Shown piece by piece: positions 20,269 through 29,985 of a DNA stretch of 64,000 nt. The stretch is from an uncultured virus (IMG/VR IMGVR_UViG_3300020037_001229) (Duplodnaviria; Heunggongvirae; Uroviricota; Caudoviricetes), in IMG/VR virus record IMGVR_UViG_3300020037_001229, one strand, 5' to 3'. A model generated the notes under the pieces. The model was not told the DNA's origin and did not search any database. It saw nothing but the letters and a program-made list of their open reading frames with translations. Both the position numbers and the translations under genes were made by a program. Position 1 is the first letter of the stretch. Each line of letters starts with the position of its first letter.

Positions 20269-20402
20269 CTATGACTACCTCTTAGACTGGAGGCAGAAAC
20301 CCATTGACAGTAAAACCACTAACCCAACCAGTGCAGTATAACTGAAAGAGATTAGGTTGGTTCTTCATCATCCATTCGATATGATTCTGTCTAAAGTTAT
20401 TG

Positions 20403-20963
20403 TTACCAAGGAGCATCAGAGACTTCTTCACCCGCATCGATCTGCTCTTCAATTTTCTGAGCTACTTCAGAAGGTGTTTCAGGTTTGGTGTACTCGATTA
20501 GGTCAATAACTCTAATAGATTCAAGACGATTTCCATTACCCATACTAGTAGGATAAACAGAAACAGTGACACTGATGGTGCTGCCATTACCAATAAGGAA
20601 AGGTTCACCAACACGCTTGATAATCTTGTCACCTTCGAAAGAACGAATGTCTTTGCCAAATTCATCGGTGTACTTAACTAGAACATTTCCATCCTTGTCA
20701 TAGATATACGGAGGAACAAAGTTTACCAGTTGACCTTTCATTAACTTAGTTGTGGGACGATAGGCACTCCAGAACTTACCATTCTCGTTCTCTTTTACTT
20801 TCTTCTGGATACCAGCTTCCTTGAACTTGGCCCATTCATCTGGGCTATCCATGACAAGGTCGACAGTCCAACGCTTTGCCCCTCTGAATTCATCTGGGGT
20901 GAACGGTTTGATCCAGTAGCCCTTGCCTGTAAAAGTGATATACTTAGTCTTAGATTCAGCCAT
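20403..20963 (-). CDS. Single-stranded DNA-binding protein (T7 gp2.5-like)
   Basis: IGNGS.....V and RLESIRVIDLIEY, acidic tail ending in aromatic residue; adjacent to polymerase. Confidence 0.65.
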   Translation of the reverse strand: MAESKTKYITFTGKGYWIKPFTPDEFRGAKRWTVDLVMDSPDEWAKFKEAGIQKKVKENENGKFWSAYRPTTKLMKGQLVNFVPPYIYDKDGNVLVKYTDEFGKDIRSFEGDKIIKRVGEPFLIGNGSTISVTVSVYPTSMGNGNRLESIRVIDLIEYTKPETPSEVAQKIEEQIDAGEEVSDAPW

Positions 20964-20985
20964 TAAAATGTATTTCCTTTCAATA

Positions 20986-23100
20986 TTAGTGAGTTTCCAT
21001 CCAGTTATAACCTGTTCTCCAGGTGCCTGCTTGTGGGCACTTAACCCCTAAGTCTTTCCCTGCTTGAACAATTGCGTCTGCAAATACTTGGCCTGTATAT
21101 TCTGGTAGGCCTTCTGTGTCTTTTACCATGCATTGTATTTCATCGTGTACGAAATTAACAATTCTAAATGGAATCTTTTCCTTTCTCAACTTTTCTCTTG
21201 CTAACCACATTGCGTACTTCATGATGACTGCTTCACCATTCTGCAAATAACCTGCAAGCATAAGGTGATTAGAGTTACACATAACCAGTCTACCATCAAA
21301 GCCTATGAAGTAACCCCGTTGAACATCTTGAGGAATCATTTCCTCTTTGACATATTTCAGGCCGGGATAACCATCAAGGAAGTTTTGACGAGCAACTACT
21401 GCATCACCAACAGAACACTCTAGAACTTGTGCGGTCTTTGGGGCAGAAGCTCCAAGAACCCATGAGTAAATACAACATGTTTAATTAAGTTCGCTAAACT
21501 TAATCCGTAGGGCTATACGTTCCCGTATAGATCAGACTATATCTTCACCTTCAATAGAAGGGCCAACCGTTTCCACCTGCTTAGGTGTACTCTCTTTCGA
21601 GATAGTCGTTGCACGTTCCTCATAAGAGGCTTCGCTCAGTATTATCCTTTCTGGACTTCCACTGAATTAGATTGGTTTATAGACGCCTATTTAACTAAAC
21701 GTCTTTGCATCATTTCTAGTTTTACAAATAGTTTTTGAGTTATTCAACTTTTTTCTGTTTAGTGAGTGAACGTCAGTTTCGTCTTTAGAAGAACCAGAAA
21801 CAAGAGCTTGGGTAAACTCTTCGTCTTCCATGTAATGGGCAAGAACACGAAGCTGAATACCTTCGGCGTCACAGCCTACAAGTTTCCACCCTGGCTTTAC
21901 TGTCCAGAGGGACCTATAGTCGGCACCCCATCCGCCCTTTTCTCCCCATAAAACCTCTTTAGTTTCAGGATCGTTCTGGATACGAATGATATTGCCGGTG
22001 TTAGGGTTCTTGTGGGCGGCACGGTGTGTCCATGTACCAATAGGTTTAATTTCACCGTGTATGCACTGAGTCTTAGGATTGTAAGCAGCAAGCCATTCGT
22101 TTAGTGTTGTTAATCTTCTTGAGAGAAGAATATATCGAACGAGCTTATGTGCTGCTGGAGGAGCGGAGGGAGGAAGAGTATTCAAGTTCTCTTCTGAGAT
22201 AGTCCAACCAGTTTTCTTGTATGCTTCTAGTTTTTCGTAGTCTCTGTCGCGTTCGGCCTTAATGTGCCCCTTTGTCTTTTCTGTAGGCTTCCAGCCGAAC
22301 TCATTTAGTCTTTCGATGCACTGTTTTGTCGAAGATGGATTGAAAGGTTCAAACTCAAAGAGTGAAAAAGGACTATCTACTATATAACCGTTATCTTCTG
22401 GCAGTCCATCTAACCATCTAAAGTCTTTAGAATGTATCTTTCCAGTCTTTGTTGGGATAGGGTTAATCTCTCTAAGCAAAACTGACTTAGGAGGAAAGGC
22501 TTCTTGTATTTCGAGGTTAAGAAGTCTTCTTTCTTCTTCGATTTGTTTATAGAGTTCTTCTGCCTTTTTGACATCGAAGGGAAACCCATTGTAATGCATT
22601 TCTGTGGAGATGATGGCGGCTCTATGTTCATTACGCATAGAGTCTTTCCACCTAGGGTCTAAGATGGTACTCTTGAGGAAGTTGAAGACCTTTTCCGTTA
22701 CTTCAACGTCACGAATGCAGTAGTCAATCATTTCTTGGGAGAGACGGGAGAAGTCGAAGAAGTCACCTTTAGGAAGGTTAAGCCGTTCTCCCCAATCGGC
22801 AAGCCCATGACGGTTATAATCCCATGAATTTACCAAACGTGAAACTACTAAAGTATCAATAACTCTTTCAGGATCAATTTGAGTCTTACACAGTCTGTTT
22901 AGGACAGGGGTGTCGAACCAAATGGCATTGTGTCCTACTAAAATGTATTTAGAAAGGTACTCCCTTAGTTCTTCTTGGTTCTGTTCGTCTGGGCGTTTCC
23001 AGACTTTAACTTCGCCCGTTTGAATATCTTTAGTTACACACACCCAGACTTTTGTGGGCTTTAAGGAATCTGCTTCTACGTCAAATATAAGAAATCTTAT
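20986..23100 (-). CDS. polA: Family A DNA polymerase, spliced (exons 21698-23100 and 20986-21472); probable ATA start
   Basis: ExoI FDVEAD, GHNAIWFD, motif A DAEGIQLR, motif B RNDAKTFIYSW restored on splicing, motif C VHDE. Confidence 0.9.
21473..21697 (-). mobile_element. ORF-less group I intron (225 nt) in DNA polymerase motif B
   Basis: P1 AGACGUU/GGCGUCU, GCAACGACUA, AAGAUAUAGUCUG, terminal G; splicing restores the frame. Confidence 0.9.
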
Positions 23101-23150
23101 GGTTCCTCTCTTTCGCTCTGTCTACAAACAGAGTCCTTCTTTTTTTGTTT

Positions 23151-23189
23151 CTATAAGTATAATTATACCACACATATAGAGAATGTCAA
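23151..23189 (-). promoter_or_regulatory. Sigma70-type promoter upstream of polymerase
   Basis: TTGACA-N16-TATAAT followed by TATACTTATAG. Confidence 0.75.
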
Positions 23190-24730
23190 TGCCTAGGTAA
23201 ACGAATTTCATCCTCTGGTTGAAGCTCTCTTAAAACACCAGATAAAGGATCAAGATAAGAACGACCGGCTGGTCCTGTGTGCCCACCAAGACGTACCTTT
23301 TCCACGTTCATATGGGTTACACGCCTCTCGAATTCATCAGGGTGCATCTTATCCCTGACTAGGTCGATCATCGTGTTGGCGACATTCTCAATGTTTCTGG
23401 AGCCTCTTGTTCTGCCTTCATCATTGGTATGAGAAATCATGATGAGACAGAACTTTAACTCCTTAGCCAAGAGTTTTAATCTCTGTGTGATTCTATCAAG
23501 CTTCAGTCTTTCGTCTTCGTTCTGTAAGCCTGTTGCAAGCCACTGAATGTGGTCCAGAAAGATAAACTCACACCCTGCCGCAGTAACAAGAAAACGAATA
23601 TTATCTAGGAAGATGTTTTCTTCGTCAAGTTCAAAGGATTGGTATAGGTGGACTCTCCTGTCGTTTTCTCCAACGGCCTTCTTGTAACCATCAAAGATAT
23701 CTTGGTTGGATAGACCACAGTCTGGTAGGGTTGCTTGTACGTTTAGTTCATAACCAGAAATAGCTTTAATTGTAGTGGCATTATCTTCTTCTAGATGGAT
23801 AATACCTATGTTACTCTTTGTGGTCTTCAGGAGATGATGCTCCATGGCCCTGAAGATTTCAGTCTTGCCAATGCCAGACCGACCTTTGATGACTACGATT
23901 TCTCCTTTGTGTAGACCGTAGGTAGCACTCTGAATTCCATGGAAGGGATAAGTGCCAATCTGGTCTTCTTTGCTTTCAATGAGACTCTGAAAAATCTCTT
24001 CGAAAGTGGATATGATATTGTCGGGGGAATAACGCCGTGCGTTGCGCCATGTTTGGAACAACGTATCTCTTTGTTCGTTCTGTAAATAGTCGTTGGCGTC
24101 TTTGTACTGAGTGAATTTTACGTGATATACTTTATTGAAATCGAAAAGGGAGGAAACTTCCCTTGCTGCCTTTTGTCCGGGCTCATCGTTATCAAAACAA
24201 ATGATGATCCTAGAGAAAGAATTAATGTAGTCTCTGTCTGCAATACAGTCTCTATAGGCTTGACTGGCAGACCTAACCGAAGTTGAAGCAGTCTTTCCGT
24301 TAGTTACTTCGAAGATTGAAGGAGCATCAAATTCCCCTTCACAGATAGTAATACTTTCTCTTGAACCTGGATCGAATTTATCTTTACCAAATAACCCAGG
24401 TTGCTTTGTATTGCCTTCCATTCTGAATTTCTTTTCCTGTAGAGATCGGATTTTAAATCCACCGGAAGGATAAGGGAATCCAATTTCTACAGGTTCATCA
24501 TTCGAGAGCTTTGTCTTTATGTTGTAGAATCTCATAGTGGATTCTGACAAACCTCTCTGAGGTAGGTATCGATAGGCTAAATTTTCTTGTGTCTCTATAA
24601 CTACGTCTCCCTTGAAATGTTTATCACATGAGAAACAATGTCCTGAACCATCCCTGTTTACTGAATAAGCGTCTGACGATTTACCACATGGGCATGGTTG
24701 ATGAAGTTTTAAGAATCCCTTTTTATCCAT
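23186..24730 (-). CDS. T7 gp4-like primase-helicase
   Basis: CPCG..SD..S...GHCFSC zinc finger, TOPRIM EGEFD and FDNDEPG, Walker A GRSGIGKT, FLDH. Confidence 0.92.
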   Translation of the reverse strand: MDKKGFLKLHQPCPCGKSSDAYSVNRDGSGHCFSCDKHFKGDVVIETQENLAYRYLPQRGLSESTMRFYNIKTKLSNDEPVEIGFPYPSGGFKIRSLQEKKFRMEGNTKQPGLFGKDKFDPGSRESITICEGEFDAPSIFEVTNGKTASTSVRSASQAYRDCIADRDYINSFSRIIICFDNDEPGQKAAREVSSLFDFNKVYHVKFTQYKDANDYLQNEQRDTLFQTWRNARRYSPDNIISTFEEIFQSLIESKEDQIGTYPFHGIQSATYGLHKGEIVVIKGRSGIGKTEIFRAMEHHLLKTTKSNIGIIHLEEDNATTIKAISGYELNVQATLPDCGLSNQDIFDGYKKAVGENDRRVHLYQSFELDEENIFLDNIRFLVTAAGCEFIFLDHIQWLATGLQNEDERLKLDRITQRLKLLAKELKFCLIMISHTNDEGRTRGSRNIENVANTMIDLVRDKMHPDEFERRVTHMNVEKVRLGGHTGPAGRSYLDPLSGVLRELQPEDEIRLPRH

Positions 24731-25544
24731 CTAATCCTTTGTTCGCGAATTCATCATACAAAATCATTTTAATATGAGTCTTGAAAGTTAAGTCAACATC
24801 GAGATCTTTCTTCACTCTTTCTTTGATATATGGGTGCATGTAGTAATCATAGTGAACTATGGAGAAAGGATTTGATCTCTTATAGAGAGTGGCAGACTCA
24901 AGGACTTCAAGGTTTACCATATAGTTTTCCTTGACTTCCGTGGCCCAATTCTCCTTGTAAGGATACTTCAAGAGAAAATGAATGAAGTTGGCTGTTCCAG
25001 AAATAGAACCCCACTCTTGAGTAAATGACTCTAATAAAGCTTTATCGGCCTTCTGTTTTACCTTGGTTACATCTTCATGTGGAACAGTGAGAATTCTTGT
25101 ATTGGCAGAAATAGCCATGTCTCTGATAACGATATAGGTAAAATCACTCCTCTTGATGAATTTCCAGAAAAGTCCCATCTCTTGGTATGTCGCCATGGAC
25201 ATAACCTCATGGACAACAGAGGAAAGAATGATGGCAGACTTTTCACCTTCTATACAATTATTATATAACTCTTCCATCAAAGAGTCAATATCATCGGAGA
25301 ACATTGCATTCCTGATGTTTTTTCCTTTGGCAATATCAAGTGATAACTGGTTAGCGTCAAACCCATAGAACTTTGCATCAGGGAAAATCTTCGAGAGTGC
25401 CTCGATGATTACTCCATTGGCACACCCGAAGTCCAAGAAGTGTTTTACGTTCTCACACTCATCAATGAAAAAAAGTTTATCCTCCAGACCAGCTTCCATT
25501 CTTTCTAGGTACAAAGAGAGATCATTCACTGGAGTCATTATCAT
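24723..25544 (-). CDS. Class I SAM-dependent methyltransferase, substrate unknown
   Basis: LDFGCANG motif I, FYGFD, LSSVVHE. Confidence 0.7.
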   Translation of the reverse strand: MIMTPVNDLSLYLERMEAGLEDKLFFIDECENVKHFLDFGCANGVIIEALSKIFPDAKFYGFDANQLSLDIAKGKNIRNAMFSDDIDSLMEELYNNCIEGEKSAIILSSVVHEVMSMATYQEMGLFWKFIKRSDFTYIVIRDMAISANTRILTVPHEDVTKVKQKADKALLESFTQEWGSISGTANFIHFLLKYPYKENWATEVKENYMVNLEVLESATLYKRSNPFSIVHYDYYMHPYIKERVKKDLDVDLTFKTHIKMILYDEFANKGLDG

Positions 25545-25679
25545 TATGCCTTTAAACGGTCAGGAAGGGGGTCTACACGTGCGTTGAGGGTCTCTCTGGT
25601 ATCACCCTACCAGAAATACTCAAAGCCTCTCAGTGAGCCTCTACGTGTCAAAGAAGACATCAATTTAGTCACTCCAATG

Positions 25680-25877
25680 TTAACCATGTGGATACTTTCT
25701 GTAGTATCTATCCATCTCTTCAGACTCTAAGACTCGTCTCTCTTCAAGTTCTTTCTCTTTCAAAAAGAGTTCAAGCTCTTCCCTACTAAGTTCTCCAGCC
25801 GCGTATTTATAGAATGCCCGTAAATGATCCATGATGTCTTCCGTTGGTGTTTCTAAAAAGACTTTCACCTTAGTCAC
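25680..25877 (-). CDS. Hypothetical protein
   Basis: 65 aa ORF in operon. Confidence 0.5.
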   Translation of the reverse strand: MTKVKVFLETPTEDIMDHLRAFYKYAAGELSREELELFLKEKELEERRVLESEEMDRYYRKYPHG

Positions 25878-26160
25878 TCCAGTCGTGAGGTTTCATACTT
25901 GCGTACTTGTCGGTCTTCTTCTTGATAACAACTCTATCGAAATCTATCCACTTGAAGAGTTTCTTGAACACTCTAGAAACAAAAGGAAAAACAAAGTCTA
26001 TCATTAACTCAAAGGGCCACAAAACAAAACAGTAAACAAAACCAAACAGTAGTAGACCGAGCGAGATATCCACAGTTTGTCTTTCACTCTGTACCCAAAG
26101 AGCAATTACTAGAATTGTTCCTGACAACCAAATGGCAATCACGATAAGGAGGTACAACAT
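25870..26160 (-). CDS. Membrane protein
   Basis: Two hydrophobic segments. Confidence 0.55.
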   Translation of the reverse strand: MLYLLIVIAIWLSGTILVIALWVQSERQTVDISLGLLLFGFVYCFVLWPFELMIDFVFPFVSRVFKKLFKWIDFDRVVIKKKTDKYASMKPHDWSD

Positions 26161-26161
26161 G

Positions 26162-26485
26162 TTATAGATTGTTCCCTTTCCTAAAGGTTACTTTTTCTAC
26201 AGAGAAGATTCTTGATGTATTAACAAAATACGAAAGTAGTTCTTCTTTCGAATCGGCTGAGTGAGTGACTAGGACAGAGTTTATGTTCTCTGTGAGAGCA
26301 ACCCATTTAGTAATTTCTTCAGTTTCTTCCTTCCACCTATTAAAATTTCCCTTACTGACGATAAATTCGGCGTTTCTATTATTCTTGTAGTATACGACTG
26401 CGTTACCTACACTGGTGAGACCAACACAGACAATTGGATACCCACCACGATAACCCGCATAACGATATTCTTTTCCAGGAAACAT
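26162..26485 (-). CDS. Hypothetical protein, paralogue 3 of tandem family
   Basis: MFPGKEY...CVGLTSVGNAV. Confidence 0.55.
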   Translation of the reverse strand: MFPGKEYRYAGYRGGYPIVCVGLTSVGNAVVYYKNNRNAEFIVSKGNFNRWKEETEEITKWVALTENINSVLVTHSADSKEELLSYFVNTSRIFSVEKVTFRKGNNL

Positions 26486-26486
26486 G

Positions 26487-26828
26487 TTACAGGCCCTCCC
26501 CTTCTTTCCAATCGACCTTCTTGATAGCAATAACCTTTTCGGTAGAGTAAAGATAACCACTCATTTCCTTCAAGAGTTCATTTTTGGAGGGATTAAAACC
26601 AAAACTATAGATGTTGCCTTCAACGTCTTCTATTATTGCTGTCCAATAAATCCCCTTTTTCTTGCTCTTATACTCTTCATATAGATCAAGGAATGCTTTT
26701 TCTAGGACGAACTCCTTAACACCAGAGAGGCACAAGTAATTTTCTGAAGGTGTTACTGATAGGCATGTAACAAGTTTTTCTTTATTGCCTTTAAAAGTAT
26801 ACTGTTTCCCAGGAACCATCGTAGTCAT
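26487..26828 (-). CDS. Hypothetical protein, paralogue 2 of tandem family
   Basis: MVPGKQY...CLSVTPSENYL. Confidence 0.55.
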   Translation of the reverse strand: MTTMVPGKQYTFKGNKEKLVTCLSVTPSENYLCLSGVKEFVLEKAFLDLYEEYKSKKKGIYWTAIIEDVEGNIYSFGFNPSKNELLKEMSGYLYSTEKVIAIKKVDWKEGEGL

Positions 26829-27148
26829 ACGTCAAACTCCACTTCCTTGATTTCAGACACTTCTCTTCCTTGTTCTAAACACCAATCCCTCGCGTGCTCC
26901 GCAGACATCTTGTCAATATGAGTCTCTGATGACACACGCTGATCTTTCAAAACAGAGAGGAATACGTAGACTTTCTTTTTCTCCTTGACCTCTGTATATG
27001 CTTTAAAGAGGTCTTTAGGTACTACCCACTCGACTGAAAGTTCACTAGAGATAACAGCGTTACCAGAGGGTAAAATACTGATACATTCATATTTGTAGTT
27101 GCTAAACTGTGTAGTATACCTCTTTCCGACTTCCATATCACTCTCCAC
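26825..27148 (-). CDS. Hypothetical protein, paralogue 1 of tandem family
   Basis: MEVGKRY...CISILPSGNAV. Confidence 0.55.
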   Translation of the reverse strand: MESDMEVGKRYTTQFSNYKYECISILPSGNAVISSELSVEWVVPKDLFKAYTEVKEKKKVYVFLSVLKDQRVSSETHIDKMSAEHARDWCLEQGREVSEIKEVEFDV

Positions 27149-27368
27149 TTACTTTGGTGTCTTTCACGAGTGGTTTACCAAGTAGATACTTGGAATTTAG
27201 AGTTTCAACAACATCTCCCTCTGTTGCGTCTTTAAACTTTTTTTCTATCAAGGATGTATGAATCCATGTACCATCACTAAATCTCTTTCGGGTATCTCCA
27301 AATATGAAGCCCCAAATGACAAGATGTCTATCATCCCATACCCATCCTTCAAGTCTTCCGGTAACCAC
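27138..27368 (-). CDS. Conserved phage hypothetical protein
   Basis: G.I.GD...RF.DG..IHTS....ET.NS.Y.LG pattern. Confidence 0.55.
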   Translation of the reverse strand: MVTGRLEGWVWDDRHLVIWGFIFGDTRKRFSDGTWIHTSLIEKKFKDATEGDVVETLNSKYLLGKPLVKDTKVSGE

Positions 27369-27543
27369 TTATTTTCTCCTTGAGTTCATGATGTCTCGTT
27401 CCCATTCCTTCTCCCGGAGTCTTTCTAGGACTCCATTGGAAATGCGAACTACCTGCATGTCATCGGTTACAATGGTGTATCCATTCCTGGTAACACGAAC
27501 TCTGCCACCATCGATATTAAACCATGCTTTCTTTTTCATAGTG

Positions 27544-27744
27544 TTACTCCCAAACGAAAAAGAGAAAGTGGATAACGTAGAGTACCACAGGAAGTAAAAC
27601 AATGACTGCTGTTGGTCCGAAGGCAATTGTTATGTAGGGATGTGTCATAGGATAATAATTGTAAGCAAAATAGGCAGCACTCCCAACCGTCCAAACGGCT
27701 GAGAGAATTGCAAGCTTTAACCACACTAGTCCTAGAAAGTCCAT
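27544..27744 (-). CDS. Small membrane protein
   Basis: Two hydrophobic segments. Confidence 0.5.
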   Translation of the reverse strand: MDFLGLVWLKLAILSAVWTVGSAAYFAYNYYPMTHPYITIAFGPTAVIVLLPVVLYVIHFLFFVWE

Positions 27745-27748
27745 GGGT

Positions 27749-28012
27749 TTATTCCTTCACGTTGTCGTTGACTGGTTCAGTTGTTTCTTCTTCAAGCTTC
27801 AGGGCATCAAGTCCAAGTTCCCAGCCCCAAGGGTCAGTCTCATAGTCAGCCATTAACTCTTCGTGCCACTCTTTACACTCTAGGCAAATGAAGAACTTAG
27901 GGTCTTTGGGGTCTGCAACAAAAGACTTATCGGAATAGTCCCCGATGTTAGTCTCTATTTCTCTTGAGGAGACGGCCCCGCACACACTGCACCTACAGTT
28001 TAAAATCTGCAT
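27749..28012 (-). CDS. Zn-finger-like protein with acidic tail
   Basis: CSVC...CLEC; GAGGA SD. Confidence 0.55.
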   Translation of the reverse strand: MQILNCRCSVCGAVSSREIETNIGDYSDKSFVADPKDPKFFICLECKEWHEELMADYETDPWGWELGLDALKLEEETTEPVNDNVKE

Positions 28013-28164
28013 ATTGTTTTTATCCTCTTGGAGTATACCTTAGGTATAATACCTTAAGTGTACACTCATAGCTAAAGCTAATAGTTATAGTTAATTACTT
28101 TAGTATAATAAATATAGTTATTCTAGAGTCTTTAACTCTAGGTATTTCTATATGTATCTATATA

Positions 28165-28203
28165 CTATAAGTATAATTATACCATAGTAAAATAGATTGT
28201 CAA
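28165..28203 (-). promoter_or_regulatory. Sigma70-type promoter
   Basis: TTGACA-N16-TATAAT followed by TATACTTATAG. Confidence 0.75.
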
Positions 28204-28222
28204 TAGTCTAATTATTTTTGTG

Positions 28223-29014
28223 TTATCCAATTCCACCGTAGTTGTGGAAGCTGTCGAAATCATCATGAAGGTCTTCAAAGGCACTGTAACCATGATGAAC
28301 TCCCCTACGGGGAATATGATTCCAACCTTCATCAACCTTGTTCCACTCAAACATAGGCTTGTTAGCCAACTTATTATCTTGAGTGAGTCTATATGTGGTA
28401 CGAGAGGACAGTTTGTGCTTTGCCCACCACTCTGAAACACCTAGGTGGATAAAAGCCTGAATGTAACCTAACTCCTTGAAAAGACCATCTAAATAAGGAT
28501 TCTCTGGGTTCTGTTGTTCTAGAGAAATCTTCTTGATTTGTCTCTCGAATCTCATCGTATTTCCAAGGAGCCTGTCAATACAATGAATGTGGCCAACACT
28601 AACCATGTATACTTCACCACGAATGAATTTTCTTCTACTCTCATCGTGGTAATTATGAAAAACGATAGGCTGTAGCCCGTCGTCCATCATGGTGTAATGT
28701 GGTGTTACAGTGTGTGCTACACCAAGGTATTTAGCATCTGAAAGATAGTGAGAATCTGCATGACCTCTCTTGAAGGTACCATACACGAATAGAGGTACTT
28801 CTTTGAACTCCCTGAGCTTATAGAAGTCAGGGGTGTAAGCATCCCTTTCTAGTAAGTCTGCTACGATTGAGTGACTGTTGAAGTGGTTTGTTTCGGACGA
28901 CATGGACGCTGACCAATTTGCAATACTATCCTTAACTATCTCCCTCTGTGGACGCTGTAGCCACAGCCTCGCAGTGTAATGATGCCCTTTCGAGTTTAGT
29001 TTCGAGTGAGACAT
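28223..29014 (-). CDS. Gamma-glutamylcyclotransferase (AIG2-like) protein; start uncertain
   Basis: LFVYGTFKRG...IRGEVY.V.....ID. Confidence 0.75.
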   Translation of the reverse strand: MSHSKLNSKGHHYTARLWLQRPQREIVKDSIANWSASMSSETNHFNSHSIVADLLERDAYTPDFYKLREFKEVPLFVYGTFKRGHADSHYLSDAKYLGVAHTVTPHYTMMDDGLQPIVFHNYHDESRRKFIRGEVYMVSVGHIHCIDRLLGNTMRFERQIKKISLEQQNPENPYLDGLFKELGYIQAFIHLGVSEWWAKHKLSSRTTYRLTQDNKLANKPMFEWNKVDEGWNHIPRRGVHHGYSAFEDLHDDFDSFHNYGGIG

Positions 29015-29984
29015 TTTTTTCAGTCACTTCTCTGAGGTTTCTGGTTAAGTGAAGGATCATGTAGACTACGTCATTACCAGCCTTTTCTACGAATGTCTCA
29101 ATTTCTGGAACACTCAAATTAGCTAGAGCAAGCCAACCAGAGGCTTCGTGGATGTTGTAGTCTTCCATCAAGTCCTTGAGTTTTTCTCCGATCTCAAAAC
29201 GGGAAGAGAATGCCCTAGACGTAAGAGGCGAAACGGACGAAGAATTCGGTACAGCGCTGCGAAAGCCATTTGCATTCGCTAACCTCTCTGCCCTTTCCTT
29301 TTCTCTTTGAGCTTCTTGTTCATCAAACTTGAAACCCCTTTTTAGTGTGTGGAAGTAGTCATTGTTGCTCGCCAAAAACTCTGTGTTATCAGCCTTGACA
29401 TGCTGCCAATGGCCGAGGAAAAGAGGAGGCAAATCGTTACTAATGAGGAGTCCTCTGTTACCTGTAGGCCAGACTTTCTTGATAACCTCAATAACGAAAG
29501 GATCAGATAAGTCTGCCTTACCCTTGAAACCAGAGACTCTCTGAAGTGTCGGCTGTAGTTTTAACCTACAAAACTTAAGTGTATCAGAGGCTTCTTTATT
29601 CTCTAGGAGTTTTAGATCGTCTTCGTCATCGTAAGTCTCTTTCAGTAGAGCCTGTTCCCCTGCAATAAATGTACCATTGTGCATAAAGTACACTTGGCGA
29701 GAATTACTGTGATAGGCAGAAAAAGGCTGAGTGTTAGCCTCACCAATCTCTCCGGCAGACCTCCAACGTAAATGTACGTATCGGTCTAAGTCTATGTTTT
29801 CATTAAGAATTTTCCTTACTTCATCCGGATCAGTTCCAGACTCAGTAAACTTTTTCTTAACGTCTAGCCTGTCGTTCTTATCCTTTAAGACAATACCGTA
29901 TCCATGTGGGTTATTCCACACGGCATGATTTAGCATGTTGTCAGGGATAGAAGTACCAGCCTTTAACTCGAAAATAGAACACAT
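28932..29984 (-). CDS. Class II (Ntn) glutamine amidotransferase-like protein
   Basis: N-terminal MC, NPHGYG, HLR, HNG, SDT. Confidence 0.8.
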   Translation of the reverse strand: MCSIFELKAGTSIPDNMLNHAVWNNPHGYGIVLKDKNDRLDVKKKFTESGTDPDEVRKILNENIDLDRYVHLRWRSAGEIGEANTQPFSAYHSNSRQVYFMHNGTFIAGEQALLKETYDDEDDLKLLENKEASDTLKFCRLKLQPTLQRVSGFKGKADLSDPFVIEVIKKVWPTGNRGLLISNDLPPLFLGHWQHVKADNTEFLASNNDYFHTLKRGFKFDEQEAQREKERAERLANANGFRSAVPNSSSVSPLTSRAFSSRFEIGEKLKDLMEDYNIHEASGWLALANLSVPEIETFVEKAGNDVVYMILHLTRNLREVTEKNVSLETKLERASLHCEAVATASTEGDS

Positions 29985-29985
29985 T

